A stretch of 64,000 bases of DNA from the human T2T-CHM13v2.0 reference genome, Homo sapiens, in the NCBI RefSeq assembly GCF_009914755.1, contig NC_060925.1; one strand, given 5' to 3'. The translations under genes and the position numbers were made by a program. Below are positions 39,725 to 54,749 of this stretch, piece after piece; within the stretch, counting starts at the first letter, position 1; each line of letters opens with the position of its first letter. The notes beneath the pieces were generated by a model. It was not told the DNA's origin, made no database searches, and saw only the letters and a program-made list of their open reading frames with translations.

Positions 39725-40996
39725 AATTCCAACCTGATTCTGGTATAGCATCACATGACAGGTAGCAGCCCTAAGGGCGATCAAAGTATTTTACCCCAAA
39801 ATATATTTCTGACATATTTTGGAATGGTCCTGTGCAAAGCTATCTTTTGCGAGGGAAATTTGTGTTCTGTGGACAATCTCCTTCCCTTTCCAGGTCTTTC
39901 TCTGATCCGGGAGAGATTTAACTAAGAGTCTGACACCGTTTAAGGTCATTTACCTTTTGAGGTACATATGCCATCTATTCTTTCTGAAGCATATTACAGG
40001 CTTCACATATGTAACAAGAACCCTGGCTTCCACAACCTCCCTCCTGCCACCACTGGCCAAACCCCTCCTCCTCCAAAATGTACCGGCTTTCCAGGTCAAA
40101 CCAATGTATACCTTACATATATTGACTGATGTTTTTGCCTGTATCTTCTGTCTTCCTAAAATGTATAAAAGAAAACTATAGTCCAAACACCTTGGACACA
40201 TGTTCTCAGGACCTCCTGATGCTGTGTCACAGGCCGTGGTCACTCATATTTGGCTCAGAATAAACCTCTAAATATTTTACAGAGTTTGGCTTTTTTCACT
40301 GGGTTTCCCCACTCATTTTATTGGCATTAGCTCATACTCTTTCTGTCCAATCATATTTCTACATTGCTGTCTATATTTTATTAATCCTAAGTTAAAAATA
40401 GACAATTTCCTCTATATGCTTGGGTCATCATTCTGCAGGCTCCCATGTATACATATTAAATACATTTGTATGCTTTTTCTCCAATTAATCTGCCTTTTGC
40501 AGGTTGATTTTTCAGTGAGCCTTCACTGAAGTTTCCCTTTGGTCCCTGCACTGGTAATTAACTCAAACTGTTTTACCAAAATTTGATTCATAGCCTTTAT
40601 CTCATTTTACCAGAAAAATAATTTGGATCCAACTGTTCTCTATAAACCAGCAAGTTTATATGTTTTACTATCTCACAACTAAAATTCTAAAATAAAAGCT
40701 AGAAGACCTTTATGTGTATATTTGTTTAAATATATTTACACATATGTACATGTATTATGTTGTATGTTATGTCTACATAATAAAATTCAGTGTGGTAGGC
40801 CAAAAATCCCTTAAGAAATGTTAATCTGATTGGTTTAAATAGATGGGCACTCACACAAAAACATAGTAATTAACCTAATTTTTTTAGTTCATGTAACTTA
40901 ATCTTTAAAAAAGTAATTGGTTTTAAAATTGTTGATAAAATAAAATTAAAAACGTCTTTCTAATTGTCAATATATATTTTTGCCTGTGTTTACTGG

Positions 40997-41591
40997 TGTG
41001 GGGGCTATGGCTCTCAGCCCCCCAAAGATTTGCTGGAAAATCACTGACATGGGCCACATTGATTAGTAAGAGAAAAGACATACAAATGTATTTAATGTGT
41101 ATACACAGGAGCTTTCAGAATAAAGACCCAACTTCTCAATGAGTTATAGAAGTTTATACACTAGTCTTGAAATTACAGAAAGAATGGGGGGCTTGGATTC
41201 TGGTAAAACAGATTATGGGAGGAGAAGAGGAATTTATTGAGGGGCAATGAATGATTGGTGAGAGAATGATTGGATTGAGCAACAGATATTAACTTGTAAA
41301 TAGTTTTCTTTGGAATTTAAATAATCCTTGGAGGCAGTCATTGTACTTCTATAAAGGTCTGCTTGGGTGTGGTTACATTTTGGTCTTCTTTTCTTTAACA
41401 GATGAGATAACAGGAGGAGGAGAACCAACAATTGCTCTCCTTGGTGGGTCTGGTTGTTAGGCAGATAAAGGAACTTCAGCTTCTTTGGGAAGGATGGTGG
41501 GGTTGGAGGAAAAGTCAGAGAGACCTTGAGGCTTCTTTAGTTTAGCGTGTCAAATACCATGTTTTGGCATATCAGTTTCTGAGCACCAGCA
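40997..41591 (-). mobile_element. MER39/MER34-like solo LTR
   Basis: TG...CA termini with 4-bp TSD ctgg. Confidence 0.75.
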
Positions 41592-41724
41592 CTGGTCAGT
41601 TTTATATTTGCCTGTGCTATTAAGGTCATGAAGCTATAAACCAGGCCTAAAGCAAAGTGATATATATTTATGCAATTCTTTGATAAATAAGATTAATTTA
41701 ATATTATTTAACAAAAACAGCTGT

Positions 41725-42008
41725 GGCTGGGTAGTGACTCCCACCTGCAATGCTAAAACTTGGAGAGGCCAAGGTGGGAGGATCACTTGAGCCCAGGAGT
41801 TTGAGATCAGCCTGGGTAACATAACAAGACCCAATCTCCATAAAAAAATTTAAAAATTAGCCAGGCATGTGCCTGTGATCCCAGCTACTCTTAAGGCTGA
41901 GGAGGGGGGATCCCTTGAGCCCAGAGTTCAAGGCTAGAGTGAGCTATGATCACACCACTGCACTCTAGCCTGGGCAACAGAGTGAGCCTTTGCCTGTAAG
42001 GAAAAAAA
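41725..42008 (+). mobile_element. AluJ-like element
   Basis: Diverged dimeric Alu. Confidence 0.9.
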
Positions 42009-44102
42009 CAAAAGTTGTATTTTCTGAGTTATCTACAGATACCCATGTATTTAACTTTATGGCTCTTATGTGGGTAAACACCTCATGTTAACAGGCTATA
42101 TAATTATTTAATTTAAAAAAACTTGAAATAATGACCAGCTCCATCTAATATCTCAATTTTTGTAAGAAATATAGGTATAATTGTTAAAAAATAAATTAAC
42201 TGTAAATGAAATAAATGTTTATAAATGAACTCATGTAATTTAAAGTCTTAAAATTTTATGTTAAATCATATATACAAAATAAATGTCTGTATCATAGTCA
42301 GATAAGATAAAATGATTGGTTATCCCACATTTTTAAAAAAAGAAAAATTATAGGACTAAGAGGTAGGGGTTAGGAAAATAAAAGGTCTAAAGTTGAAGAG
42401 GACTAATAAAGGATGAGCTAATAAAAGAAGTTTTATGTGTTATTGACTTGGCTGGAATTAAAAACAAATTGTTTGTGTGTTTTTCTAAAAATTAAACGTT
42501 CTCAGGTAGGGGACCAGGGGACAGGCACTGATACAGAACCAGAGTCTGGTTCCTTATATTTAAAACAACAAGATTTCTTGAAGTATTATCTGATTTTAAT
42601 AAAATTTTAAGGGGTTTTGATTTTTAAATTTATACTCTGTTTTTAAACAGGTATCTTCTCCTTGACATCTATTTAATTTTCCTAGTTTTGGGTTAAAAAT
42701 GTTGTCTTCTTGATTTAAAGTGGTAATTTCATTCCTTGAGGTACAGTTGTTTTTTTTTTTTATTTCTCAAATTCATATTGCAGAAGTTCATCTTTTACAG
42801 TTTCTTGCTGTACATGATTTGCAGGTCAATATGTCATTTCCTTCATTTTTTTCTCCCCTGGAGAAGGCCTGAGATGATCATTCTCCTCTTTGGCTTTTTT
42901 TGGTTCTAACATTGCTGTTTTGGCCTGACATTAGAATATTTATCTTGAAGGCGTAGAAAAGCAGCGTTTTTCTCCAGTATAACTTAATTTTGTGCTCTTG
43001 GCTTTTCTTGATATGTCTGAATTTTTCCATATAACCAGAAAAGTTACTGTGGTAAGTAACAGCATGCTGTTACTAAGAACCATGTAGTTCCCTGCTCAAG
43101 GTACTAGTTTTCTTGTTTATATTCCTCTATAATATAGTGTATACTTATAACCTTGGACATATTCTTCCTGTGTTTCATGACATTCAAGTTCCCTTTTCAT
43201 CAGGTTCAACTTCCACGTTATCTGAATGAGCTTCCCATAATGAAAAACAATCACACCGAAGAGGGCTTTCTTTACGTTTTTGGTAGCGAGTCTAAGAAAC
43301 AAAGATTTTATGTTTTAGCAAACTAACTTTCTATGTTACCTTTATTAGGCTTTTGATTACTTAAAAAAAAATGAGTTTTAAAAGGGTTAAGGTTTCTAAA
43401 TCCATGTGACTTTCTTATTGCTTTTGAAGTCTTTTGATTATGACACTGGTTAAATGAATAACTGTTATTTCACAGCAACCTGTGATTCTGTTTTGAACCT
43501 TTTAACATCTTTGACAAATGTCTCCCAGGTCAAATCCTATTTTAAGACTTTTTGACCTAAAATTAACTTTGAGATTTTTTCAGTTAGGCTCCTGGAAAAC
43601 CTTAAAAGACATATTTCTCATTTTGTAGAGATGACTAGGCTTATTTGGTGAATTGTATAAAAACATCGTCAAATAAGTGATACTAGATTTTCTTTTAGTT
43701 ACATTTATGTACATGTTGACATGAATGTTTCAAAAATTATATAAATTCATAGAAATCGAGTATGTTTTCAGTCATAATTCTAACATAATCTTTTGTTCAA
43801 ATTATACTCATCGTCCCTGTTGTAGAGCTGGACATTCTCTGCTGTAATTCAACCCAGTCATAAAATTTTACCCAATGGCTACAACAGGACTCAAGACTCA
43901 ACCAGTTTCCTACATGGTCTTTTGATTTCTTTAGTTGGTTACCTTCAACAGTAGGTTCATGGTTTAGCACCAGTATTTAGACCAGACTGATTATATTAGT
44001 GGGTTTTTTTGTGTGTGTGTGTGTTATGATTTTTAAACTTTTTTCTTATTACTTGACTAGTCTTTGTAAAGCCAGCTCTCCCAACAAGATAATGTTAGCC
44101 CA

Positions 44103-47100
44103 GCAAGATGATTGACTAGACATAGCCAGGTAGAATAGCTTCTACCAAGGGACAGAGACAGCTGGTATACTCCTAACAGATTTTCAGAGGGAAGGCTGCC
44201 CCTACCACTTCCCTCCAAAAATGATGTAGGGAAGACACAGAAGCTGGGCTGAAGTGGGGAGAAACCTGGGAACACTCTATGGGGCTACCGTGCACCCGGA
44301 CTCTTTCCTTGACCCCAGTGGCTCTGAGGGCATGGGTGAGTTGAACTTGCAAGGAGCAACACATTCTTGCCATAGGCCTCTGGAACCCCACCAGGAGGAG
44401 ACCCCTCAACCACCATGGACACTTGAATTGGCAGGAAGGGCTACTTAGAGAACTGGTAGGGGCAGCAAGCCAGCTGATGTGGAGCACAGAGGGTTTGGAG
44501 CAGGAACATCTGTAGTGGAGCATGGCCAGGGACACCCATCCCCCTTGGATCAACTTACTTCCATAGGAGACTTTAGCCCCAGGGGAACTGTTAGTCCTGA
44601 ACTCTGTAGGGCAATCTTGCCCATCAGTTGGGGCTGGTCCAACCTGAGCACCCCTTGCTCTGCTGGCCTCCCCCAAGGCCCTAGCCTAGCCACACCTGCT
44701 TGCAGGGCAATCTCAGGCGCGTGGGGGCCCACATCATAGTTTCTGTGCTGGCGGACTGTGCCTGACTGGAAAGCTCTAGCTGGGTGGCCCTCACAGCCCA
44801 CATACTCCCTCCCCACATTGCAGCTTCCCTGAGACCCACAGCAATTCCCAACATTGCTTCGCTGGTGCATATCTTTGCAGACAGGTTTTGCTTTCCTTGC
44901 CCTGCCATCTCACCAGTATGTGTGCACCTTACCCTGCCACTGCAGCGCGAGAGTGCAGTCTGACCCTCTCTCACTGCTGACCATCATTGCAGATGGAGCC
45001 TTGATGAGCACAGAGCGAATTCTGCCCCGACGGTGCCCTGCCCTTGCACTAACACTGCTGTGGGAGTGAAACTAGGTGCAGAAAACAACAGATCTCTCCC
45101 TGGCCTGAGCAATTACTCATGCTTGTGAGGCACAGAGAAAGCTCACAGACCTGCACCTGCCAGCATCCAGCTCCCAAGCCAACACCACAACCAGTGCAGC
45201 CATGCACACCCTCACCAGCAGGGGCCCCTGCTCCCCCTAGCTGCATTGCCTCCACCACTATGGTGAATACCCTCAGGGAGGCAGGCACCCTAGTACCCTG
45301 CCGCAGTTGCCACTACCACTGCTGCTGGTACCTGTGAATGAGAATGGATCCCACTATAACTGCACTACAAATGCTTTGGCTGACACTGTGGGCAGCAAGC
45401 CACCCAGGTGCCAAGGCAAGAGACCAAGGGCACGAGCTGTTCCAGTATAATAAAATATATAAAATAAGAATAGTTATACTAGATATAGATCTTAGATACG
45501 ATTTTATATGAATATCATTAATCATTAGTTTGTAGTAATTACTCTTTATTCCAATATTATAATAATCCTCACTCTACAATCATAACCTAGGAAAAACCAG
45601 GCCATACAGAGATAGGAGCTGAGGAGACATAGTGAGAAGTGACCAGAAGACAAGAGTGTGAGCCTTCTGTTATGCCCAGACAGGGCCACCAGAGGGCTCC
45701 TTGGTCTAGCGGTAACGCCAGCGTCTGGGATGACGCCCGTTACCAAGTGGACCGTGGTCTAGTGGTAGCATTAGTGTCAAGGAAAAACACCTGCTACTTA
45801 GCAGACAAGGAAAGGAAGTCTCCCTTTCCCTGGGGGAGTTTAGAGAAGACTCTACTCCTCCACCTCTTGTGGAGGGCCTGACATTAGTCAGGCCCACCTG
45901 CAGTTTTCTGGAGGCCTAACCATCTCCCTGTGATGCTGTGCTTCAGTGGTCATGCTCCTAGTCTGCCTTCATGTTCCATCCTGTACACCTGGCTCTGCCT
46001 TTTAGATAGCAGTAGCAAATTAGTGAAAGTACTAAAAGTCTCTAATAAGCAGAAATAATGGTGTAAGCTGTCTCTCTCTTTCTCCTCTCTCTCTCTGCCT
46101 TGGCTGCCAGGCAGGGAAGGGCCCCCGTCCAGTGGACACGTGACCCATGTGGCCTTACCTATCACTGGAGATGGTTCACACTCCTTATCCTGCCCCTTTG
46201 TCTTGTATCCAATAATTATCAGCGCAGCCTGGCATTCTGGGCACTACCGGTCTCTGCATCTTGGTGGTAGTGGTCCCCCGGGCCTAGTTGTCTTTTCTTT
46301 TATCTCTTTGTCTTTTGTCTTTATTTGTACGCTCTCTCATCTCTGCACATGGGGAGAAACCCACCGACTCTGTGGGGCTGGACTCTATAGACACCACGCA
46401 CTGGAATGTAGTGACCAGTGGTCTCGGAGTCTGGGAGCACCTTGACCACCACCACCCCCTCAATCCCACTGCAGTGGGTTTCTAACTTTGAGGAGCCAGA
46501 AAACGAAGTTGGAGCCCAACACAAGTCCCCCAGAGTTAGAACACATAGTACAGGAATTGGAATCTGAGCCTCGGCTCTGTAAAATCTTCCAGAAATGAAA
46601 CCAGTCAGCTGAATATACCTTATACTATGAGCAAACCCTCAAGGACATCAAATAGAATAAAAGAAAAAAAAACATTCAAAGGTCAGCAACCTCAAGGATT
46701 GAAAGAACATAAGCCCACAAGGATGAGAAAGAACCAGCATAAGAACCCTGACAATTCAAAAAGCCAGAGTGCTTTCTTTCCTCCAAATTACCTCATCACC
46801 TCTCAAGCAAGGGTTCAGAACCAGAAGAGATGGTTGATATGACACAAATAGAATTCAGAACATGGATAGGAATGAAGATCACTGAGCTACAGGAATATGT
46901 TGAAACTCAGTCCAAGGAAGCTAAAAATGATGATAAAACAATGCAGAAGCTGACAGACAAAATAGCCAGTATAAAAAAGAACATAACCAACCTGATAGTG
47001 CTGAAAAACATACCACAAGTCATAATGCAATGACAACTATTAATAGCAGAACAGACCAAACAGTGGGAAAAAAATCTCAGAACTCAAAGACTGGTTTTCT

Positions 47101-50100
47101 GAAACAAGAGAGTCAGACATGAGCAGAAAAAAAGAATGAAGAGGAAGGAACAAAACCTCCAAGAAATATGGGATTATGTAGAGATCAAATCTACAACACA
47201 TTGGTGTCCCTGAAAGAGAGGGGGAGAATGAAACCAACTTGGAAAACATATATCAGGATATCATCCAGAGAACTTCCCCAACCTAGCTAGAGAGGCCAAC
47301 ATTCAAATTCAGAGAACCCCCAGTAAGATACTTCACAAAAGGATCATCCCCAAGACAAATATTCATGAGATTCTCCAAGGACAAAATAAAAGAAAATGTT
47401 AAAGGCAGTTAGACAGAAAGTTCAGGTCAACTACAAAGGGAAGCCTACCAGATTAACAGTGGACCTCTCAGCTGAAACCCTATAAGCCAGAAGAGATTGG
47501 GGGCCAGTATTAAACATTCTTGAAGGAAAGAAATTCCAACCCAGAATTTCATATCCAGAAACTAAGCTTCATAAGTGAAGGAAAAATAAGATCCTTTCAG
47601 ACAAGCAAATGCTGAGGGAATTTGTTACCACCAGGCCTGCCTTACAAGAACTCCTAAAGGAAGTACTAAATATGGAAAGGAAAGGCTGTTACCAGCCACA
47701 ACAAAACACACTGAAGTACACAGACCAGTGACACTGTAAAGGAACCACAAACAAATCTGCAAAATAACCAGCTAATATCATGATGACAGGAGCAAATCCA
47801 CATGTATCAATAGTAACCTTGAATGTAAATGTGTTAGATGCCCCAGTTAAAAGGCACAGTGTGGCAAGCTAGATAAAGAACCAAGACTTATTTGCATGCT
47901 GTCTTCAAGAGACCCATCTCACATGCAATTGCAGACATAGGCTCAAAATAGAGAGATGAAGAAAAATCTACCAAGCAAATGGAAAACAGAAAAAAAGCAG
48001 GGATTACAATTATACTTTCAGACAAACAGACTTTAAACCAACAAAAATTTTAAAAAGACAAAGAAGGGCATTAATGGTAAAGGGTTCAATTCAACAAGAA
48101 GACCTGACTATCCTACATATAGGAGGAGGACCCAGATTCATAAAACAAGTTCTCAACTTTAAAGATATTTACACTCCCATACAATAATAGTTTTGGAGAA
48201 TTTAACACCTCATTGACAATATTAGATCATTGAGACAGAAAATTAACTAAGATATTCAGGACCTGAACTCAGCACTGGATCAAATGAACCTGCTGACATT
48301 GACAGAACTCTCCACACAACAACAATAGAATATACATTTTTCTCATCGCCACATGGCAAATACTCTAAAATCAATCACATAATCCAAAGTAAAACACTCC
48401 TCAGCAAATGCAAAATAACTGAAATCATAACAAACAATCTGTTGGACCACAGTGTAATCAAATTAGAAATTAAGACTAAGAAATTCACTCAAAACCATAG
48501 AATCATGGAAATTTAATAACCTGCTCCTGAATGACTTTTGGGTAAATAATGGAATTAAGGCAGAAACCAATAAATTCTTTGAAACTAATGAGAACAAAGA
48601 CATAACATACCAGAATCTCTGGAACACAGCTAAGGCAGTGTTGAGAGGGAAATGTATAGCACTAAATGCCCACATCAAAAAGTTAGAAAGCTCTCAAGTT
48701 AACAACCTAACATCACAATTAAAGAACTTGAGAACCAAGTGAAAACTAACCTCAAAGCTAGCAGAAGACAAGGAATAACCAAAAATTAGAGCCAAACTGA
48801 AGGAGATTGAGACACAAAAAACCATTCAAAAGATCACCAAATCCAGGAGCTGATTTTTTTTTTTGAAAAAAATACTAAAATAGACCACTAGCTAGAATAA
48901 TAAATAAGAAAAGAGAGAAGATCCAGATAAACACAATCAGAAATGACAAGGAGGATATTACCACTAACTGTACAGAAATACAAATAATCATCGGAGAATA
49001 TTATGAGCAACCTTATGCAAATAAACTAGAAAATCTAGAAGAAATGGATGAATTCCTGGATGCATACACCCTCCCAAGACTGAACCAGTAAGAAATTGAA
49101 TCCCTGAACAGACCAATAACAAGCTCTGAAGTTGAGTCAGTAATAAATAGCCCACCAACCAAGAAAAAGCCCAGGACCAGATGGAATCACAGCTAAATTC
49201 TGCCAGATGCACAAAGAAGAGCTGGTATCATTCCTGCTGAAACTATTCCAAAAAATTGAGGAAGAGAAACTGCTCTCTAACTCATTGTATGAGGCCAGCA
49301 TTATCCTGATACCAAAACCTGGCAGAGACATAACCAAAAAGAAAAATAATAATAAAAATAAATTTAAAAAAACACTTCATGCCTATATCCTTGATGAATA
49401 TAGATGAAAAAATCTTCTACTAAGTAATGGCAAACAGAATACAGTAGCACATCAAAAAGCTTATTCACCATGATCAAGTAGGCTTTATCCCTGGAAAATC
49501 AATAAATATGATTCACCACATAAACAGAACCGAAACCAAAAACTACATGACCATCTCAATAGATTCAGAAAAGAGTTTCAGTAAGATTCAACTCCCTTTC
49601 ATGTTAAAACCCTCAACAAACTAGGCATTGAAGGAACATACCTCAAAATAATAAGGACCATCTCCAAAATCCCACAGCCAACATCTTACTGAAGGGGCAA
49701 AAGCTGTAAGCATTCCCCTTGAAATGAGGAACAAGACAAGGATGCCCTTTCTTACCATTCTTATTCAACATAGTACTGGAAATACCAGTGGGAACAATCA
49801 CGCAAGAGAAAGAAATAAAAGGCATCCAAATAGGAAGAGAGGAAGTCAAACTATCCCTGTTTGTAGACAATGTAATCCTATATCCAGACAATCTTATAGT
49901 GTTGGCCCAAAAGCTTCTTAATCTGATAAACAACCTCAGCAAAGTCTCAGGATACAAAAATCAATGTGCAAAAATTACTAGCATTCCTATGCAGCAACAA
50001 CAGTCAAGCTGAGAGCCAAATCAGGAATGTGATCCCATTCACAATTGCCATAAAATAAAATGAAATAAAATAAAATAAAATAAAATAAAAACCTAGAAAT

Positions 50101-51854
50101 GCAACTAACCAGATATGTGAAAGATCTCTGCAATGAAAACTACAAAACACTGCTGAAAGGAATCAGAAATAACACAAACAAATGGAAAAACATTCCATAC
50201 TTATGGATAGACTCAATATTGTTAAAATGGTCATACTGCCCAAAGCAATTTATAGATTCAATGCTACTTCTATTAAACTACCAATGACATTTTTCACAGA
50301 ACTAGAAAAAAATTATTTTAAAATTCATATAGAACCCAAAAAGATCTCAAATAGCCAACACAATCCTAAGGAAAAGAACAAAGCTGGAGGCATTACACTA
50401 CCCAACTTCAAACTATACTATAGTTGGGCAAAAGTATACTATAGGGCTACAGTAAACAAAACAGCATGGTACTGGTACAAACACATACACATAGAACAAT
50501 GAAACAGAATAGAGAGCCCAGAAATAAGGCTGCATATCTACAACTATCTGATGTTCAACAAGCTGACAAAAACAAGCAATGGGGAAAGAACTCCCTATTT
50601 AATAAATGGTGCTTGGATCACTGGCTAGCCATATGCAGAAGATTAAAACTAGAATCTTTCCTTATACCATATGCAAAAATCAACTCAAGATGGATTAAAG
50701 ACAATTTTAAAATCTAAAACTATAAAAATCCTGGAAGACAACATAGGCAATACCATTCTGGACATAGGGATGGGCAAAGATTTCATGATGAAGATGCCAA
50801 AAGCAACTCCAACAAAACCAAAATTGACCAATGGGACCAAATTAAACAAAAGAGCTTCTGCACAGCAAAAGAAACTATCAACAGAGTGAACAGACAACCT
50901 ACAAAATGGGAAAACATTTTTTGCAAACTATGCATCTGACAAAGGTCTAATATCCAGCTTCTAGAAAGAACTTAAATATATAAGAGAAAAACAAACAACC
51001 CCACTAAAAAGTGGGCAAAGGACATGAATAGACACTTTTCAAAGAAGATATACTTGTGGCCAATAAGCATATGAAAAAAAGCTCATCACTGATCATTAGA
51101 GAAATGCAAATCAAAACCACAATGAGATACCATCTTACACCAGTTAGAATGGCTATTATTAAAAAGTCAAAACATAACAGATGCTGGCAAGGTTGTGGAG
51201 AAAAAGGAACGTTTATACACTGTTGGTGGGAGTGTAAATTAGTTCAACCATTGTGGAAAACAAGATAGTATGGTGCTTCCTCAAAGACCTAAAGGCAGAA
51301 CTACCATTTGGCTCAGCAATCTCATTACTGGGTATATGCCCAAAGGAATATAATTGTTCTCTCATAAAGACATATATGTACATGTATGTTCACTGCAGCA
51401 CTATTCACAATAGCACAGACATGGAATCTATCTAAATGCCAATCAACGGTATACTGGATAAAATGTAGCACACATATACCATATAATACTATGCAGCCAT
51501 AAAACAGAATGAGATTATGTCCTTTGCAGGAACATGGATGGAGATGGAGGCCATTATCCTTCACAAACTAATGCAGGAACAGAAAACCAAATACAACATG
51601 ATCTCACTTATAAGTGGAAGCTAAATGATGAGAACACATGGACATTTAGAGAACAACACACACCAGGGCCTATTGGAGGGTAGAGGATGGAGGAGGGAGA
51701 GGATCAGGAAAAGTAACTAATGGATATTAGGCTTAATACCTCAGTGATGAAATAATCTGTACAACAAATTCCCATGACACAAGTTTACCTATATACAAAC
51801 CTGCACATGTACCCCTGAACTTAAAATAAAAGTTAAATTTAAAAATATTTTTAG
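44103..51854 (+). mobile_element. Full-length, inactivated L1PA (about PA13-PA16 type)
   Basis: GC-rich 5'UTR, ORF1 remnants from about 46710, ORF2 EN/RT remnants about 47780-51600, and 3'UTR. Perfect 17-bp TSD AAGATAATGTTAGCCCA at 44086-44102 and 51855-51871. Many stops and frameshifts. Confidence 0.93.
45387..46389 (+). mobile_element. LTR13 (ERVK class) solo LTR in the L1 5'UTR
   Basis: tgtgggcagcaagccacccaggtgcc start, about 1.0 kb, flanking direct repeat gacac. Confidence 0.85.
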
Positions 51855-52604
51855 AAGATAATGTTAGCCCAACACTTCAAGGTGATTGCTGTTGTCCATG
51901 GTATTGATAAGAGGAAACTTGATACTTCCCAGAGAAAATTACCCTGAGAAAATTTTTCCTTCTGGACTTTTTGTTATTCAAATGTGGCCCAAGCCCCTGA
52001 CATAGACCCTCATGCCTTCTTTCCGACATGGGACAGAGACAACCAGGACAGGCTTACCCCAGCACTGAGGAACAATTAAGCCAAATTCAAGATGATTGAT
52101 CAGTGATGCTTTCAGAGAAAGATCTTGATCAAAAGAAGAAAATGGGAAGTTGATCATACCAGTTGGGTCAATTTTGTCATCCTCAACTAAATCATATTCA
52201 AGGGATCGAAGGGGAAAATCACTCAGAACATATAACATTGCTCCAAGAATATAATTTTCTGAAATCTTGGCTTATGAAACTGCCAGTTGTAGCCTGAAGC
52301 CAGTTTTATCTAATAGCTACTGAAACATCTTGCTGAGATGCTAGACTAGGTTTATCCACAACCATCACTCACCAATCAGTACTTGCCAGCTCCCTAAAAA
52401 ATGTTACTAGTGCCAATGAACTTTCTTTCAAAACAATATAAAACATTTCTCCTTCTTGTGGAAACTCCAACCTTTTTTTGCCTCCACACAAAAAAGACTG
52501 AAGATCAACCAGTCTGTATGCATGTCCCAAATTGTAATTCTTACTTCCCTAATAAAACATTTTGAATTTAGAAATTTGTCTCTATATTTTATTTGACTTC
52601 AACA

Positions 52605-53145
52605 TATTCATATTATGGGATGCTACTCAGGAATAAAAAAGAATTATTGATATATGAAACTACTTAGATGAATCACAAAAAATTATGCTGAGTGAAAAAA
52701 GCCAATCCTGAAATATACCGTATGATTCTATCTTTGTAGCAATCTTGAAATGACAAAATTATAGAAATCGTGTATTATTAGTAGTTGCCAAGGGTTAAGG
52801 ATGAGGGAGGAGGCATGGGATGAAGGTGGATATGTTTGTAAAATAGCAATATGAGAAATTATTGTGTTGAGAGAACTGTTCTGTATCTTGAATGTGGTTG
52901 TAGAGATACAAACCTACACGCATGGTAAAATTCCATAGAATTAAGTACATACACAAATGAATACAAGTAAAACTATCTGAATAAGATCAGTGGGCTGTAT
53001 CGATGTTAATATTCTGGTTGTAACATTGACTGTAATTTTGCAAGATATTACCATCAGGGAAACTGAGTCAAAGTTACCAGAGAGCTCTCTGTATTATTTC
53101 CTACAATTGCATGTGAATCTTCAATTATCTAAAAATTTTTTAAAA
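52605..53145 (+). mobile_element. L1M (MC/MD-type) 3'UTR fragment
   Basis: Colinear with the L1M 3' region at 24410-24860. Confidence 0.8.
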
Positions 53146-54749
53146 AGGTAAATTTTAGAAAGCACTTGCAAAAAAAATAAAAGCAGCCCAACTCTGATGG
53201 CTGTCCATTGCCTACAGAATTAAAGTTCAAACTCTTTAGCTTCATACTCCTTGTTCCCTGCAAACCAACTTTAAATTCCCTTTCGAATCTTACCTTCCAA
53301 AAGCCTTGTGCACAAACTGGCTATTCTTGGGAGGTCCTTGTGGCAGCTTGACCACTCAGCTTATGCATTCCTGCTGCCCTGCTCCCTTCCCCACCCCCAT
53401 CTTCATCTCCTCATCCACTTACCCCAATCCTACTCTCCTTCAAGCCTTGCCTCTAAATGGCACCTCCAGCTGGAAGGAATTTCTCCCTTCTTGGAGTTCC
53501 CACAGCACTATTCCACCTTGTATTGCAGTTATGTGTGTATTGTTTCATGTTCTCCACAAAGCTATGAGCTTTTCTTGGACAAGACTGAAATTCATTTATC
53601 TCTGATCCCCTCATGCTAGTAAGTGCCAGCATGTGTCACTCAGAGGCAGCCAAGATAGTGGGGAACATACATTCCACCCAGAGGGGTGGAGATCTCTGAA
53701 GGAAAGCCAGCTTTGGATCTAGCCTGACTTCCTCTTCAGGCCTGGTTCCACCACTTCTTTACAGTTTGGCCTTTGACTCTATCCTAAGTTTCCGCAATTG
53801 ATAATAGCAGTGTGTGAAAAAAACACCTTCCTCAATACCTAGCACATAGTAGACACTCAGAAAGTGCAGCTGGAGTTTGGGGACTTGGTTTCCAGTTCCT
53901 GTTTGGTCACGTACTAATTATATAGGCTTAAGCAAACAACTTGTTTTCCTTTTATATTCAGTTTCTCTGCCTGTAGAATGGGCACAAAATATTTATGTCT
54001 GAAGTAAGATTGAGTTATGTGTGTAAAACTACTTTAGAAATGTTAGAGAACAATATTCAAGGAGAGTACTGATTGTGGAGTATGAATGAGCTAACAGTCA
54101 CTTGAGTGTTGACCACAAGCCAGGCACTGCTCTAACAATTTTACATGTGTTCACTATTTAAATCTTACTATGATTGTGTGAGGTGGAGACCACTGCTATC
54201 CCTATTTTATAAATGATGAGACTGGGTATAGAAAGGTTAACTAAGTGGCAGAGGCCAGGAGGGCTAGCTAGCTCCAGGTGTAGAGCATTTTACACCATGC
54301 TGCCTTTCTATTAGGTGTTGTTGAAAGGGCGTTGTTGGACCTTCATAATTATAATTTTGGAAATCTGTTTCTTTTCATTTCCTACAAGGTTCTCCTTACA
54401 AACACCTTTGCTTAAGCTCTGTAGAAAACTAACAGCAGTTGTATTTCACACCCTTCACAACGAGTTAAGTATCTTCTTTACAATTTTTGACTTCCTGGAT
54501 CAGGGTTACCTAAGAATCCCTTCCCTAATCCCATTCAAGTGTTTTCTACTCCCTCCAAGTCTGTTCCCAACCTGTCTGCTTTTGCCTAGCACCCAGCTGC
54601 TTCAAATAGCTCCTCATTGGTAGAGATATTATCTCCCACTTCTTAGAGAAAGGAAGCCACCAGGCAAAACTCACCAGCTCCTGGACCATGCACATTCTTG
54701 GGCATTTTCTCTTTCCTTAATCCATGGCTACTAGCTTCATCTGAGCCGT

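Larger units (their letters stand above)
39725..52604 (+). mobile_element. ERV1 (MER4-group) remnant: LTR pieces 39725-40550, AT-rich internal sequence to 44102 and 51855-52142, terminal LTR 52143-52604
   Basis: MER4-like LTR motifs. Purine tract before the LTR at 52143, which ends gacttcaaca. Internal sequence is continuous across the L1 TSD. Confidence 0.7.

Noticed and set aside
46700-51600. Active L1 ORF1/ORF2
   Set aside because: Broken into many short ORFs by stops and frameshifts.
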